A stretch of DNA of 32,642 nucleotides from the IMG/VR virus record IMGVR_UViG_3300047301_000212, positions 1 through 32,642 of that record; one strand, 5' to 3'. Positions 16,501-25,475 of the stretch are shown one piece after another. Each line of letters opens with the position of its first letter. Position 1 is the first letter of the stretch. The position numbers and the translations under genes were made by a program. The DNA is from a virus. Its lineage: Duplodnaviria; Caudoviricetes. The notes under the pieces are model-generated. The model searched no databases, was not told the origin of the DNA, and saw only the letters and a program-made list of their open reading frames with translations.

Positions 16501-17226
16501 ATGAACAAAATGCTTGATACAGTCATTGATTTATGTCATCAGTCAATCTGGACTGATCCAGAGGTAATGCCGTATATAAAGGCACGCGGACTCACCGACG
16601 AGACAATTCGCAGCTGGAAGCTTGGAGCATTTCCAGAAAACATAAATCTTCTGTTTCAGCTTTACACAAAAATCTCGTCAGAAAAGAATTCTGGATACAT
16701 TGTCAGGCGAGTCGACCAGTATTTAGAGTCTCCATTCCTGAAGAATCGTTTTATCATTCCTGTCAACTCCACATACGGGGATGCAGATGCGATCATTGGC
16801 CGAGCAACAATCGCCGGTGATTTGATTAAGGCGGCGGATTTTCCAAAATACTACAATACGCCATACAAAAAAACGCGCTCATTGTTTGGTTTGGATAGAG
16901 CCATGCCGTTTGCGATAGCAAGTAACTGTTTGTTTATCGTGGAAGGAAACATGGATGTGATCCAGTCACACCAGGCGGGGCTATGTAATGTTGTCGCAGC
17001 TTCTTCCGCTTCCTTCAGCAGGCATCAGTTATTTTTGGCGGCACGCTATGCGTCAAACATTGTTCTTGCGTTCGATAACGATGAAGCAGGGCAGATGGCA
17101 ATTGAATCAATTATGAAGAAGTATTTTGCCTTGTCAAAAAAGCTGGGAATTACATTGTCTTCATTAAAGTTTTCTGGTGGAAAAGATTTAGACGAAGTGA
17201 TCGCAACAGGAGGAATCCCATGGTAA
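16501..17226 (+). CDS. dnaG: DnaG-type primase catalytic core (TOPRIM), no Zn-binding domain
   Basis: YIKARGL, NRFIIP, GR, PKYYN, LFGL, IVEGNMDV, AFDNDEAG, KDLDE. Confidence 0.88.
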   Translation: MNKMLDTVIDLCHQSIWTDPEVMPYIKARGLTDETIRSWKLGAFPENINLLFQLYTKISSEKNSGYIVRRVDQYLESPFLKNRFIIPVNSTYGDADAIIGRATIAGDLIKAADFPKYYNTPYKKTRSLFGLDRAMPFAIASNCLFIVEGNMDVIQSHQAGLCNVVAASSASFSRHQLFLAARYASNIVLAFDNDEAGQMAIESIMKKYFALSKKLGITLSSLKFSGGKDLDEVIATGGIPW

Positions 17227-17480
17227 CTGGTGTACTTAAATTTTATGCAGATTGGTGCGGGCCTTGCAAGGTTATGGCTCCACGGGCACAAGCAATTGCG
17301 GACCGACTGGGCATTGTATTACAGGAAATAAACATTGACGAAAATCCTGAGCTGGCAAAGCAGTACGGTGTACGATCAATCCCGTATATGATTGCTTTTA
17401 AAGACGGCGCGCTTGTGGCGGCAATGGTTGGAGCTAAAAAAGATGCCGATATTGAAGAGTTCTTTAATAAAATTGTGTAA
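17220..17480 (+). CDS. trxA: Thioredoxin
   Basis: FYADWCGPCK, YGVRSIP; AGGAGG SD. Confidence 0.95.
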   Translation: MVTGVLKFYADWCGPCKVMAPRAQAIADRLGIVLQEINIDENPELAKQYGVRSIPYMIAFKDGALVAAMVGAKKDADIEEFFNKIV

Positions 17481-17485
17481 TAGCT

Positions 17486-17509
17486 AAAGCCAGATCTATC
17501 TGGCTTTTT
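17486..17509 (+). terminator. Rho-independent terminator
   Basis: AAAGCCAGA-TCTA-TCTGGCTTTTT. Confidence 0.7.
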
Positions 17510-17516
17510 CCTTGTA

Positions 17517-17909
17517 GTGGAGCCTATGAATCCGAAATTTCCAAAGAAAATGAATCTGACCGAGTGGCACGCACTAATTCAGGAGGAAGCAGAGCGATGG
17601 AGCGCAAGGTTGGCAGACATAGACATCCAGGTTCGTGATACACTGTTTGATGTTACGCCTGATTTGCCAACAGATCTGATGATGCTCTCAGCATTTTTCT
17701 ACTCTAGCTACTTGAACCACTACATGACCTCTCTGGTTACTGACAGTCGGATTGGCATCCCTTCCGAACTACTAGCTCAGTACGCAGAGATTGCGTCGGA
17801 GGTTGCAGAGGCCGCCATTGAACAAACCTTTGGACCTCAGAGCACTCCTCTTGATCCAGACATGCTAGATCCCGAAGATCGAGTGAATATGCCAGGCGGA
17901 GACGCATAA
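17517..17909 (+). CDS. Hypothetical acidic protein
   Basis: 130-aa ORF; the true start may be ATG 17526, after GGAG. Confidence 0.7.
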   Translation: MEPMNPKFPKKMNLTEWHALIQEEAERWSARLADIDIQVRDTLFDVTPDLPTDLMMLSAFFYSSYLNHYMTSLVTDSRIGIPSELLAQYAEIASEVAEAAIEQTFGPQSTPLDPDMLDPEDRVNMPGGDA

Positions 17910-17927
17910 CTGTACATTTAGCTCACT

Positions 17928-17954
17928 TTAAAAGCGCCTTTTGGGCGCTTTTAA
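17928..17954. terminator. Symmetric (bidirectional-type) terminator at the module boundary
   Basis: TTAAAAGCGCC-TTTTG-GGCGCTTTTAA. Confidence 0.75.
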
Positions 17955-18002
17955 TATTTAGGTACAGTCACACTCAACATGGCAATTGTTTTCTAAATAG
18001 GA

Positions 18003-19133
18003 ATGGCGCGCAAATACTTTACGATCCCATTTTTGACATTTAGAGGCAGGAACCCAGCAATGGCACCGCCCGTGTCAAAGACAGCAGAGAGTCGCATCTA
18101 CTATGATAGTACAGCAGAGGCCCTCATGGTCTCTAATGATGGATATACTTATCTGCCGTTGGGGACTGGCGCCATAATTGGGGCTCAAAAAGATACCTCT
18201 ATCGCGACAATCGCGACCTCGCGATCTACTGAGATTTTCAATAATCAGTATGCTGGCTCCATTGAGGTTGACGGCACAGACTGGACGGGTATTGTTTTTG
18301 AGACGGTGGGCTCTGTTAGCCGTTCAGGAATTAGTCACGATATCCAGCTGTGGGACCTGGCTGCTGCATCAGAAATCGCAATGCACTCTCACACCAGTAC
18401 CACAAGCACTGCAATGAGCACTCCGATTTCTGTATCTGGATCAAGAATCGTAGAAGTTAGGCAAAAACTCACTGGAGCCCCTCAGGCAGGGGATTCTGGC
18501 CTTATGGGGATTGCGCGACTTGTCCTGCAGTCCCGCTCAACAATTTTGGTCGATCCTCCTGCAAACGGAGTCGTAAACCAGTCGCCAATTACAGTGATTG
18601 GAGCAAACTACACCCCCACCGCTGATGATTCGGTGCTTCTGGTGAATGCGCTGAGTGCCCCCGTCACTATAACGCTGCCTTCGGTCAGCACCTTTGCGCA
18701 GTATTATTTCACAATAAAGAAGATAGATTCGTCCAGCAACATTGTGACGATTGCCAGCGCGAGTCTTGTTGACGGCCAGGCATCTGTCGTTTTGTCGGCA
18801 GAGGATCAAGGCGTAACTGTTCAGTCCAGTGGATCGAGCTGGTTTGTTACGAGAGACACTGGAGATCTTAGTGTTTTTGGACAAGTGACTGCGACATTTT
18901 CTGTGAACACTTTTAGTGTGACTATTTCTGTGGCCGACCCTGGCGTCTCCGCTGGATCAAGGATTGTGGCTTCTGTCTCTACAGCCCCTGGCAGGGACGC
19001 TGATGAAATGGAAAGTGCGCCCATCCTTCCATCAATATCTAACATAGTTGCTGGAGTTGGATTTGACATTGTTGTGGTGTCGCTGGACGGCGATGCAGAT
19101 GGAACTTATCTAATAAACTATATAAGGAACTAA
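18003..19133 (+). CDS. Probable virion structural / tail-fibre-like protein
   Basis: S/T/V-rich beta composition; module YTPTADDSVLLVNA..VTITLP..IKKIDSS.N.VTI..VDG of a kind common in phage fibre proteins. Confidence 0.6.
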   Translation: MARKYFTIPFLTFRGRNPAMAPPVSKTAESRIYYDSTAEALMVSNDGYTYLPLGTGAIIGAQKDTSIATIATSRSTEIFNNQYAGSIEVDGTDWTGIVFETVGSVSRSGISHDIQLWDLAAASEIAMHSHTSTTSTAMSTPISVSGSRIVEVRQKLTGAPQAGDSGLMGIARLVLQSRSTILVDPPANGVVNQSPITVIGANYTPTADDSVLLVNALSAPVTITLPSVSTFAQYYFTIKKIDSSSNIVTIASASLVDGQASVVLSAEDQGVTVQSSGSSWFVTRDTGDLSVFGQVTATFSVNTFSVTISVADPGVSAGSRIVASVSTAPGRDADEMESAPILPSISNIVAGVGFDIVVVSLDGDADGTYLINYIRN

Positions 19134-19134
19134 A

Positions 19135-20607
19135 ATGAGTGGCATTTCTACAGGCAATAGCACGGCTGGCAAGGCAAACGTCGATTCTGGGCACAACTTG
19201 AACGTGGCTTTGCCACTTACGCCCGCGCAGGTAGGCTCTGTCAGATTGATGTCGGAAAATGACGCTGGAGACATTATCGGCACCCCCTCTCTGGCTAGCC
19301 CAGAGACATCGTCTGATGCGCGCCTGCGCGTCGGTATGGATACGGTTATTTTTTCCGATGAATTTACAGCGACGACTCAGAATACTGACAAGTGGAACTA
19401 CACCTTTGTCACGCTTACTGCAGCCCAGCCCGGTGCCGGTACCGTCAATTTCGGGGCCGTACAGGGTACTGCTGCAACACATGGCGCATTTATGCGCACA
19501 TCCCAATACTTTCCATTATTCAACACTGCGCCTCTTGCTGTCGAATTTGTTGGTGGGCAATTTAATGCCCCATTGGTCGCGGGAGAAGTGTGGCTCGCTG
19601 GCCTGGGCGCACCTGTGTCGGCGATTGCGCGTCCAACTGACGGAGCTTGGCTTAAGCTTACGACGGCAGGACTAATCGGTGTGCTCTCGTTTGGCGGAGT
19701 TGAGACAGAGACTGGCGTGCTTATTCCCTTCGGTGACATTGCCGTTGGGGGAAATGCAAAATACCTAATTGTTGCCGGAGAAAGATTCGTCCAGTTTTGG
19801 GTTGATGATATTCTGGTTGGATCCATTGACACTCCATCCGGCAATGGTTCTCCATGGCAGGGCGCGTCTGCCCCTGTCTTCATGATGAAGTACTGTACCT
19901 CGGTGGTTAGCAATACAAATACGATGAGAGTTTCTCGTGTTGGTGTGTCAATTACAGATGTATCATTTCAAAAGACAGCCGCCGACGTGGCCGCAGCACA
20001 AGGAAAGCACAGCTCAGTTGGCCAAAACGGACACACGATGGGGTCGACGGCCGCCAACTTTGGCGCGGTAATTCTGCCCACCACCGTTGCGATTGCAAAC
20101 AACTCTGTTGGCGCAGCCTTCGTCGGCCTCGGTGGATTGTTTCTTACGACAACTCAAGCTACCAATATTTCGGCGACGGGCGACAATATCGCCCAAAGCT
20201 ATCAAAACCCATCGCCAACCATCAACATAACCGGAAGAAATCTAATCATTACCGGCATGAGTATTTACGCAATGAATACTGGTGCAGCCGTTGCAACAAC
20301 TCCTACCTCACTAATCTGGGGCCTGGCATATGGTCACAGCGCAGCTTCACTGGCCACCACAGAGACCGGGTCATTTGTTACCGCGACCACTCGCGCCCCA
20401 CGAAGGATTCCTCTAGGGATGATGACTGTTCCTGTTGGGGCGGCCATCGGGGCATGCTATGACACTGAGATTGTTCGTCAGTTTGTGGCTCCAGTTGTCG
20501 TTCACCCAGGAGAATTTTTTGCGACAACTGTCCGATTTCGTATTGGGACCGCGACCGCATCACAAGAATTGTGCTACACAATCGGATTTGAAGGCTACTG
20601 GGAGTAA
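19135..20607 (+). CDS. Probable virion structural protein (beta-rich)
   Basis: 490 aa, T/A/G-rich, starts 1 nt after the upstream stop. Confidence 0.6.
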   Translation: MSGISTGNSTAGKANVDSGHNLNVALPLTPAQVGSVRLMSENDAGDIIGTPSLASPETSSDARLRVGMDTVIFSDEFTATTQNTDKWNYTFVTLTAAQPGAGTVNFGAVQGTAATHGAFMRTSQYFPLFNTAPLAVEFVGGQFNAPLVAGEVWLAGLGAPVSAIARPTDGAWLKLTTAGLIGVLSFGGVETETGVLIPFGDIAVGGNAKYLIVAGERFVQFWVDDILVGSIDTPSGNGSPWQGASAPVFMMKYCTSVVSNTNTMRVSRVGVSITDVSFQKTAADVAAAQGKHSSVGQNGHTMGSTAANFGAVILPTTVAIANNSVGAAFVGLGGLFLTTTQATNISATGDNIAQSYQNPSPTINITGRNLIITGMSIYAMNTGAAVATTPTSLIWGLAYGHSAASLATTETGSFVTATTRAPRRIPLGMMTVPVGAAIGACYDTEIVRQFVAPVVVHPGEFFATTVRFRIGTATASQELCYTIGFEGYWE

Positions 20608-20625
20608 CTTGGGCTTCGGCCTGAG
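20608..20625 (+). promoter_or_regulatory. Intercistronic C(UUCG)G tetraloop hairpin
   Basis: CTTGGGC-TTCG-GCCTGAG directly after the stop codon, no U tract. Confidence 0.6.
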
Positions 20626-20652
20626 GCCTGGTAGTACTCTGGAGTATCGGCA

Positions 20653-21210
20653 ATGACACTTGCATCAATAGCTGGCTTTGGAATGAGAGCCTACAACACA
20701 AATCTCGGTCGCTATGTCTATTGGCAATCAGACTACTCTCCTGATTTTACAGGCGTGTCGTCCATCTATAATCCAGTTGATCTGACCGACATCATCTTGA
20801 TTGGGCCACCAGAGGTTGATGGGTACTTTTCTCTAGGGGGATCTGCTCTTCTCAATGTCGGCACTACCGCAGGCACGGTGGCTGGTGGTGACTTGCCACA
20901 ACTTCGCCTTGGAAAGCTTGTGCTTGGTAGTGATACATTCACGGTCGACTTTTCTTTGGCTCGTTTACAGACCAGGTCCGCAGTTGGAGCGGTAACAATC
21001 ACCTTGTCCAATCTTGCTGTTGACGCAGGTGTCAGCGTGCATGTGTTAAATACAACCGGGGCACCCATTGCGGTAACTGTTACACCGACGGTGCGTTGGT
21101 TCACGGCAGCACCATTAACGTTGGCAGCAGGAAAATTGGGAATACTTTCTATGATATCTGATGGAACAACCGAGGCGGAAGTTGTCGCAACATGGGCGGC
21201 TGAAATATGA
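20653..21210 (+). CDS. Probable tail-fibre-associated protein
   Basis: ALLNVGTTAGTVAGGD fibre-type motif; beta-rich C-domain; GGAG SD. Confidence 0.6.
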   Translation: MTLASIAGFGMRAYNTNLGRYVYWQSDYSPDFTGVSSIYNPVDLTDIILIGPPEVDGYFSLGGSALLNVGTTAGTVAGGDLPQLRLGKLVLGSDTFTVDFSLARLQTRSAVGAVTITLSNLAVDAGVSVHVLNTTGAPIAVTVTPTVRWFTAAPLTLAAGKLGILSMISDGTTEAEVVATWAAEI

Positions 21211-21950
21211 GCGATTCTTCGTCCAGCATCTGCCAGCTTGGGCATTTTGCGGTAAATCACTCTATGAAGAATTCTGGAATTTATTTAATTCGAAACACTG
21301 TGACCGGCAAGGTTTATGTGGGTAGCTCCGTGGACATTAAGGCAAGGTGGATCAGGCATCGGGCTATGTTGAGAGGGAATCGGCATCATTCTTCAAAACT
21401 GCAAAACTCATGGAATAAACATGGGAAAAATGCATTTAAGTTTGAAGTGATTGAGCCAGTGGCCAATGTGCTGCACCTAACTGCTATAGAGCAGACATTT
21501 TTAGATTACCATAAGGCTGTGGAATGTGGATATAACATTTGCACCTGTACAAATAGCGTACTTGGGCGAAAGCATACCGACAAAACGAGGGCTAAGATGT
21601 CAGCATCCAGGGCCGGGATTGTTCTCTCAGAAGAATCAAGGGCAAAAATCTCAAAAACCCTAACAGGGCACGCTATCTCGACAGATACTCGCGAAAAGAT
21701 ATCCAAGACCTTGACGGGACGAGTTGTACCTAAAGAGGAGTGCGCAAAAATGTCAGAGGCACAGCAGAGAATGGCCCAGAGCTGCCGGGCATATTTCTTT
21801 TCTACCTCTAGAAACAGATGGATTGCAAGACTACCTCACCAGGGGAAAAAACTCCAACTTGGCTCCTTTTTGACTGAAGAGGAAGCGATTGAGCGCGTAA
21901 AGCAGCACAGGGACTCGTTGATTCCTATTATCCAGCCGGAGGTAGAATGA
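21207..21950 (+). CDS. Second GIY-YIG homing endonuclease with NUMOD3-like repeats and an AP2-like C-terminus
   Basis: SGIYLIRN..TGKVYVGSS, EQTFLD, GYN; KHTDKTRAKMS-type repeats; RWIARL..GKKLQLGSF.TEEEA. Start is 21207 (ATGA overlap) or 21264. Confidence 0.92.
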   Translation: MSDSSSSICQLGHFAVNHSMKNSGIYLIRNTVTGKVYVGSSVDIKARWIRHRAMLRGNRHHSSKLQNSWNKHGKNAFKFEVIEPVANVLHLTAIEQTFLDYHKAVECGYNICTCTNSVLGRKHTDKTRAKMSASRAGIVLSEESRAKISKTLTGHAISTDTREKISKTLTGRVVPKEECAKMSEAQQRMAQSCRAYFFSTSRNRWIARLPHQGKKLQLGSFLTEEEAIERVKQHRDSLIPIIQPEVE

Positions 21951-24103
21951 ATCGAGACATACGAGACCCCGGGTTTTTAGCCAGCACACAATCGTCGACA
22001 TTGGATTTGTCGCAGTATTATTTTTATCTTTCTATGGCAGATCAACTCGGAGGGCCGTCACTGTTGCCCAGCGGCGTGACAATAAACGGAATTACCGAAG
22101 AACCGATCATACTTCTCAGGGCTTCAGATGCCACAACAACTTCTTGGGAGAATAGGGGCAGCCTGGGCGGAACTCTAACTGCCGTCAATATCAGGCCCGA
22201 AGACCTCGGTCACGACACACCTTTCACCGACGGCTCCACTGCTGTACGGTTTCACTCTGTAGCTGGTGGCACTCGCCGCTACTACCAAGCACCTGACTCA
22301 GCGTGGGGGGATATAGATACGGAAGATTTTTATTTCGAGGCTATTTACTCTAGAGATATGCCGGTTGCGATTACCAGTACGCTGGATGCCTGTGTAATGA
22401 TAAAGAGAAATCTGGGTTCGTCTGTGGCAGCCGGGTATACGCTAGCATCTGGAGCGGCCACTTCTTTTTCATTTGGATCAAGAAATTTAGGTGATGCCGC
22501 ATTGCGGACTCTAACGGCGACAACTACCGCTCGTAGTTGGTGTCATCAGTCAGGCTTTTTGGACGCTGACGATCTCACTTCGGAGGGACTAAGGCATTAT
22601 GTTGGCAGCCAATCGGGGGCAAATATAGCTCGCGCAGCTACTGGCACGATGACAAATGATCGCATTGCTACAATCGGGGACTCGCAAGTGGCGGGTCACT
22701 CCAATGCCCTCGAAGTAAACTTTAAGTTAGTTTATCTAGCTATCTACAAGCGAGCCAACTGGCTTCCAGGTGGAGCCACAAACAACACTGAGGTCTCAGC
22801 CCTAATCCGCCAACGACAAATGGTACTGGCTGGAATGGTTCCTCAGAAGGGCACTACCACACCTCTTACGTCTACGTGGAGCTACCATCAGTCACAACGG
22901 GTAATAGACGGCCTCGTACACAACTACTCGTGTGGCACTGGATTTCCTTGCCCTAATGAGTCTATTTTGGCCTCAACGGGTCTGCCAGTAAAAAATCAAG
23001 AATTTAATACAGCCACCGCAGGCCTGGCACTAACAGAAACATTTGCTGGTTTCGGTAAAACAAACACAACTACTACCGCAAGCCTAATAGACGTGCCACA
23101 AAATCCTACGCAAGGTGTCAGTGGACAAGGCATTAGTTTTATGGGTGACGTAGGCACATCAGTTAAAACAGCTAGTATTAACGTTGTGACACTATCCGCT
23201 GTTGCGCGCAGATGCCTATGGCAAGTTTACTTTAAAGGAAATACGGCACCGTACTTCTATATGAAATGTCCTGATTCCACTAGCGGCACCAGTCGATGGG
23301 CTTGGTATAATTGCGCTACCGGTGCAACTACGCTGGGGGCAGGAGCTGTCGCCGTTAAAGTTCAAGCTTGTCAAGATGGATGGTTCCGCGCTCAGTTAAC
23401 ATTCCAAGTTGCGATTGTTGGGGTTGCAGTTACCACAGATTTGGAGATTGGGTTCTCAGATACTGACACTGGATTCGATTTAACTTCGGATGGTACGACA
23501 ATTGATGGATGGGCGTGGGGTATTTATTATACTTTCATAACAAGTGCCATTGCAACTTATCCATCTCAATTCTTTCCGTATTCTTCTAATACAGGAAACG
23601 CTACTGGTCCCCTCATCGCATTTGCTGGAGCAGACGTAACTGCTGCGCCCTATACCTTGTGGGCAGAGATGTTCAGTAGAGATCGGGTGCCAAATGCATC
23701 TGCAGTCAACCAGGGGCTTCTCAGCTACGATACTGATCTGAATAACTATAATCAGCTGTACGTAGCCAATTCAGCTGTTAGCCAGCAAATAATAAGCAGC
23801 TCGACTATCGCTGGAGCAGCACAGTGGGGTATTTCTGGTTCGCCAGTTACAACATCAGGCGTCAATAATGCTTCAGACGGCGGATTCGTACGGTCAGCAG
23901 CGAGCTGCGATACAAATGACATAGATTTGTATGCAAATGACGGAACGCTGTTAGGCACTGATGCGGTTGCTACGGTACCTACAGGTCTTACAAAAATTAA
24001 AGTAGGGCAAACAAGAATTGGTGGCGTAGAAGGACGCGGATATCAAATTTCCGCTTGCGGTGTAAAAATGGGCACGTCCTCGGATAGCTCTGGGCCCACC
24101 TGA
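21947..24103 (+). CDS. Large virion protein with probable LamG/ConA-like and carbohydrate-binding-like domains
   Basis: 718 aa, T/S/G/A-rich; DFYFEA..WCH..LAIY pattern and DGWFRAQLTF motif; GGAGG SD. Confidence 0.6.
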   Translation: MNRDIRDPGFLASTQSSTLDLSQYYFYLSMADQLGGPSLLPSGVTINGITEEPIILLRASDATTTSWENRGSLGGTLTAVNIRPEDLGHDTPFTDGSTAVRFHSVAGGTRRYYQAPDSAWGDIDTEDFYFEAIYSRDMPVAITSTLDACVMIKRNLGSSVAAGYTLASGAATSFSFGSRNLGDAALRTLTATTTARSWCHQSGFLDADDLTSEGLRHYVGSQSGANIARAATGTMTNDRIATIGDSQVAGHSNALEVNFKLVYLAIYKRANWLPGGATNNTEVSALIRQRQMVLAGMVPQKGTTTPLTSTWSYHQSQRVIDGLVHNYSCGTGFPCPNESILASTGLPVKNQEFNTATAGLALTETFAGFGKTNTTTTASLIDVPQNPTQGVSGQGISFMGDVGTSVKTASINVVTLSAVARRCLWQVYFKGNTAPYFYMKCPDSTSGTSRWAWYNCATGATTLGAGAVAVKVQACQDGWFRAQLTFQVAIVGVAVTTDLEIGFSDTDTGFDLTSDGTTIDGWAWGIYYTFITSAIATYPSQFFPYSSNTGNATGPLIAFAGADVTAAPYTLWAEMFSRDRVPNASAVNQGLLSYDTDLNNYNQLYVANSAVSQQIISSSTIAGAAQWGISGSPVTTSGVNNASDGGFVRSAASCDTNDIDLYANDGTLLGTDAVATVPTGLTKIKVGQTRIGGVEGRGYQISACGVKMGTSSDSSGPT

Positions 24104-24112
24104 GGAAACCAT

Positions 24113-24169
24113 ATGACGAAAATATCTGGTATTTACACCATCAAAAGCCCAAAGGAGCAATATGATTGA
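24113..24169 (+). pseudogene. GIY-YIG endonuclease N-terminal relic
   Basis: GAGGA SD, then MTKISGIYTIKSPKEQYD*, matching the SGIYxI start of the two intact genes. Confidence 0.6.
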
Positions 24170-24749
24170 TTGCAGGCAAATGACACTCACAACAGAAACC
24201 GTCACACACCTTTTGACTTTGGCCAAAAGACATACGCCACCAATCCCTCTATTGGTCGAAGAGGCTCAACTGGGCGGTTTAACTGTGGCTGACGTTATCA
24301 TCGACACAGTAACTTTTAAATATATTGGGGCTGTGCCGGTTACCACATTAGCAACAGTGGTGCCTCCGGTACGACCAGGGTCTGTTCCAGTTGCACCACC
24401 ACAGCCATTCCATGAAGCAAAAACGGCCAGAGCCGTAATGCTTCAAAATGAAATAAGGTCTTATGTGGACGTTTATCTACCAATCACTGAGCGCGAAGGA
24501 CTGGCCGCACTACTACAAAAAGTTACCATGATGCGAATGGCCGCGCTGCCCGTCAATGAAACGGCTGCCGCCTCACTCATGGAAGCTCTTACTTGGGTAG
24601 AAAATGCAATGATTATGGGTGGCGACATTGCCGCCGCTTGTCAGCTCTGCACGACAAAACCGGAGCTTCTTGCTCTCAGCGTAAACCTGGAGTCGCTAGG
24701 GGAGCCCCCTATAATAAATGCGGGCCAAATTGCAAAAGCATTGAGGTGA
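24162..24749 (+). CDS. Hypothetical protein (possibly tail-fibre assembly related)
   Basis: 195 aa, AAGGAG SD, follows a large fibre-like gene. Confidence 0.65.
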   Translation: MIDCRQMTLTTETVTHLLTLAKRHTPPIPLLVEEAQLGGLTVADVIIDTVTFKYIGAVPVTTLATVVPPVRPGSVPVAPPQPFHEAKTARAVMLQNEIRSYVDVYLPITEREGLAALLQKVTMMRMAALPVNETAAASLMEALTWVENAMIMGGDIAAACQLCTTKPELLALSVNLESLGEPPIINAGQIAKALR

Positions 24750-24764
24750 TTTCTGATCAACAAA

Positions 24765-25412
24765 TTGATGGTTCTGGTGGGTGGCGTTTTGTCTTGCACG
24801 TTTTTTCTGCTATGTATCGCATTCATTGAACGGCATGTGCCGATCCCACATGATCCTTTAGATTCTGTCTTTTTGCTTCATTCTGATGGTGGAATCTGCA
24901 CATCTTTTTTGGCAAATGGCGCGACAGAGAAATTGAAAGATAGCGCGTCAAAAAAATACGTCTATACTGCAGCGCATTGTATCTCTCAAGATATGACGCT
25001 GGAGGACCGACATGGAAGGGTTAGTCTTCCAGTTCTTGAGTATCTAGATAAAGATAGTGACCTCGCTATACTCACCGTCGAAGGAATTGAGTCGCCAGAG
25101 TTGCGATGGGGGAAGCATCCGTCGAACAATGACGCTGTGACTGTGGTCGGTTACTTGGCCGACGTATCCCCTGTTCCAGTAGTTCAGCCGCTTCGTGTTG
25201 CTTTTTCAACTACAGAAAATGGAAAAACAGGGCCAATCCTTCAGGTCCACACAATTGGGTCGCCGATTTGGCCAGGAACAAGTGGAGGGCCCTTGCTGAA
25301 TGGCAACGGAGAGGTTGTCGGAATTGCATTGTCAACAGGAGCCTATTTATTCGGAGAAACTCCGGTTGTCAGGGAGTTGGGTTGTTTTGGCATGTTTGCT
25401 GGCACAGAATAA
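24765..25412 (+). CDS. Trypsin-like serine protease with N-terminal hydrophobic anchor/signal
   Basis: Catalytic triad motifs TAAHC, DLAIL, GTSGGPL..NGEVVGI; hydrophobic first ~20 aa. Confidence 0.9.
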   Translation: MMVLVGGVLSCTFFLLCIAFIERHVPIPHDPLDSVFLLHSDGGICTSFLANGATEKLKDSASKKYVYTAAHCISQDMTLEDRHGRVSLPVLEYLDKDSDLAILTVEGIESPELRWGKHPSNNDAVTVVGYLADVSPVPVVQPLRVAFSTTENGKTGPILQVHTIGSPIWPGTSGGPLLNGNGEVVGIALSTGAYLFGETPVVRELGCFGMFAGTE

Positions 25413-25427
25413 CACTTATACAATTCA

Positions 25428-25466
25428 GACAAAAAAAGCGGCTAAGGCCGCTTTCTGTCTTTTGTC
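25428..25466. terminator. Bidirectional terminator between convergent genes
   Basis: AAAAAAAGCGGC-TAAG-GCCGCTTTCTGTCTTTT. Confidence 0.8.
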
Positions 25467-25475
25467 CTTTGTGGA

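Noticed and set aside
3862-17480. Bacterial chromosome origin suggested by tig, dnaE, dnaJ, recA, dnaG and trxA
   Set aside because: The homologs are divergent, lack their usual bacterial neighbours (clpPX, dnaK, rpoD), and are mixed with a gp32-like SSB, homing endonucleases and fibre/LamG genes. No capsid or terminase gene is in the window, so phage origin remains an inference.
233-23958. Many antisense and alternate-frame ORFs in the track (e.g. 2807-3361, 13923-14498, 19398-19913)
   Set aside because: They lie inside well-supported genes, lack motifs and SD sequences, and are the expected shadow ORFs.
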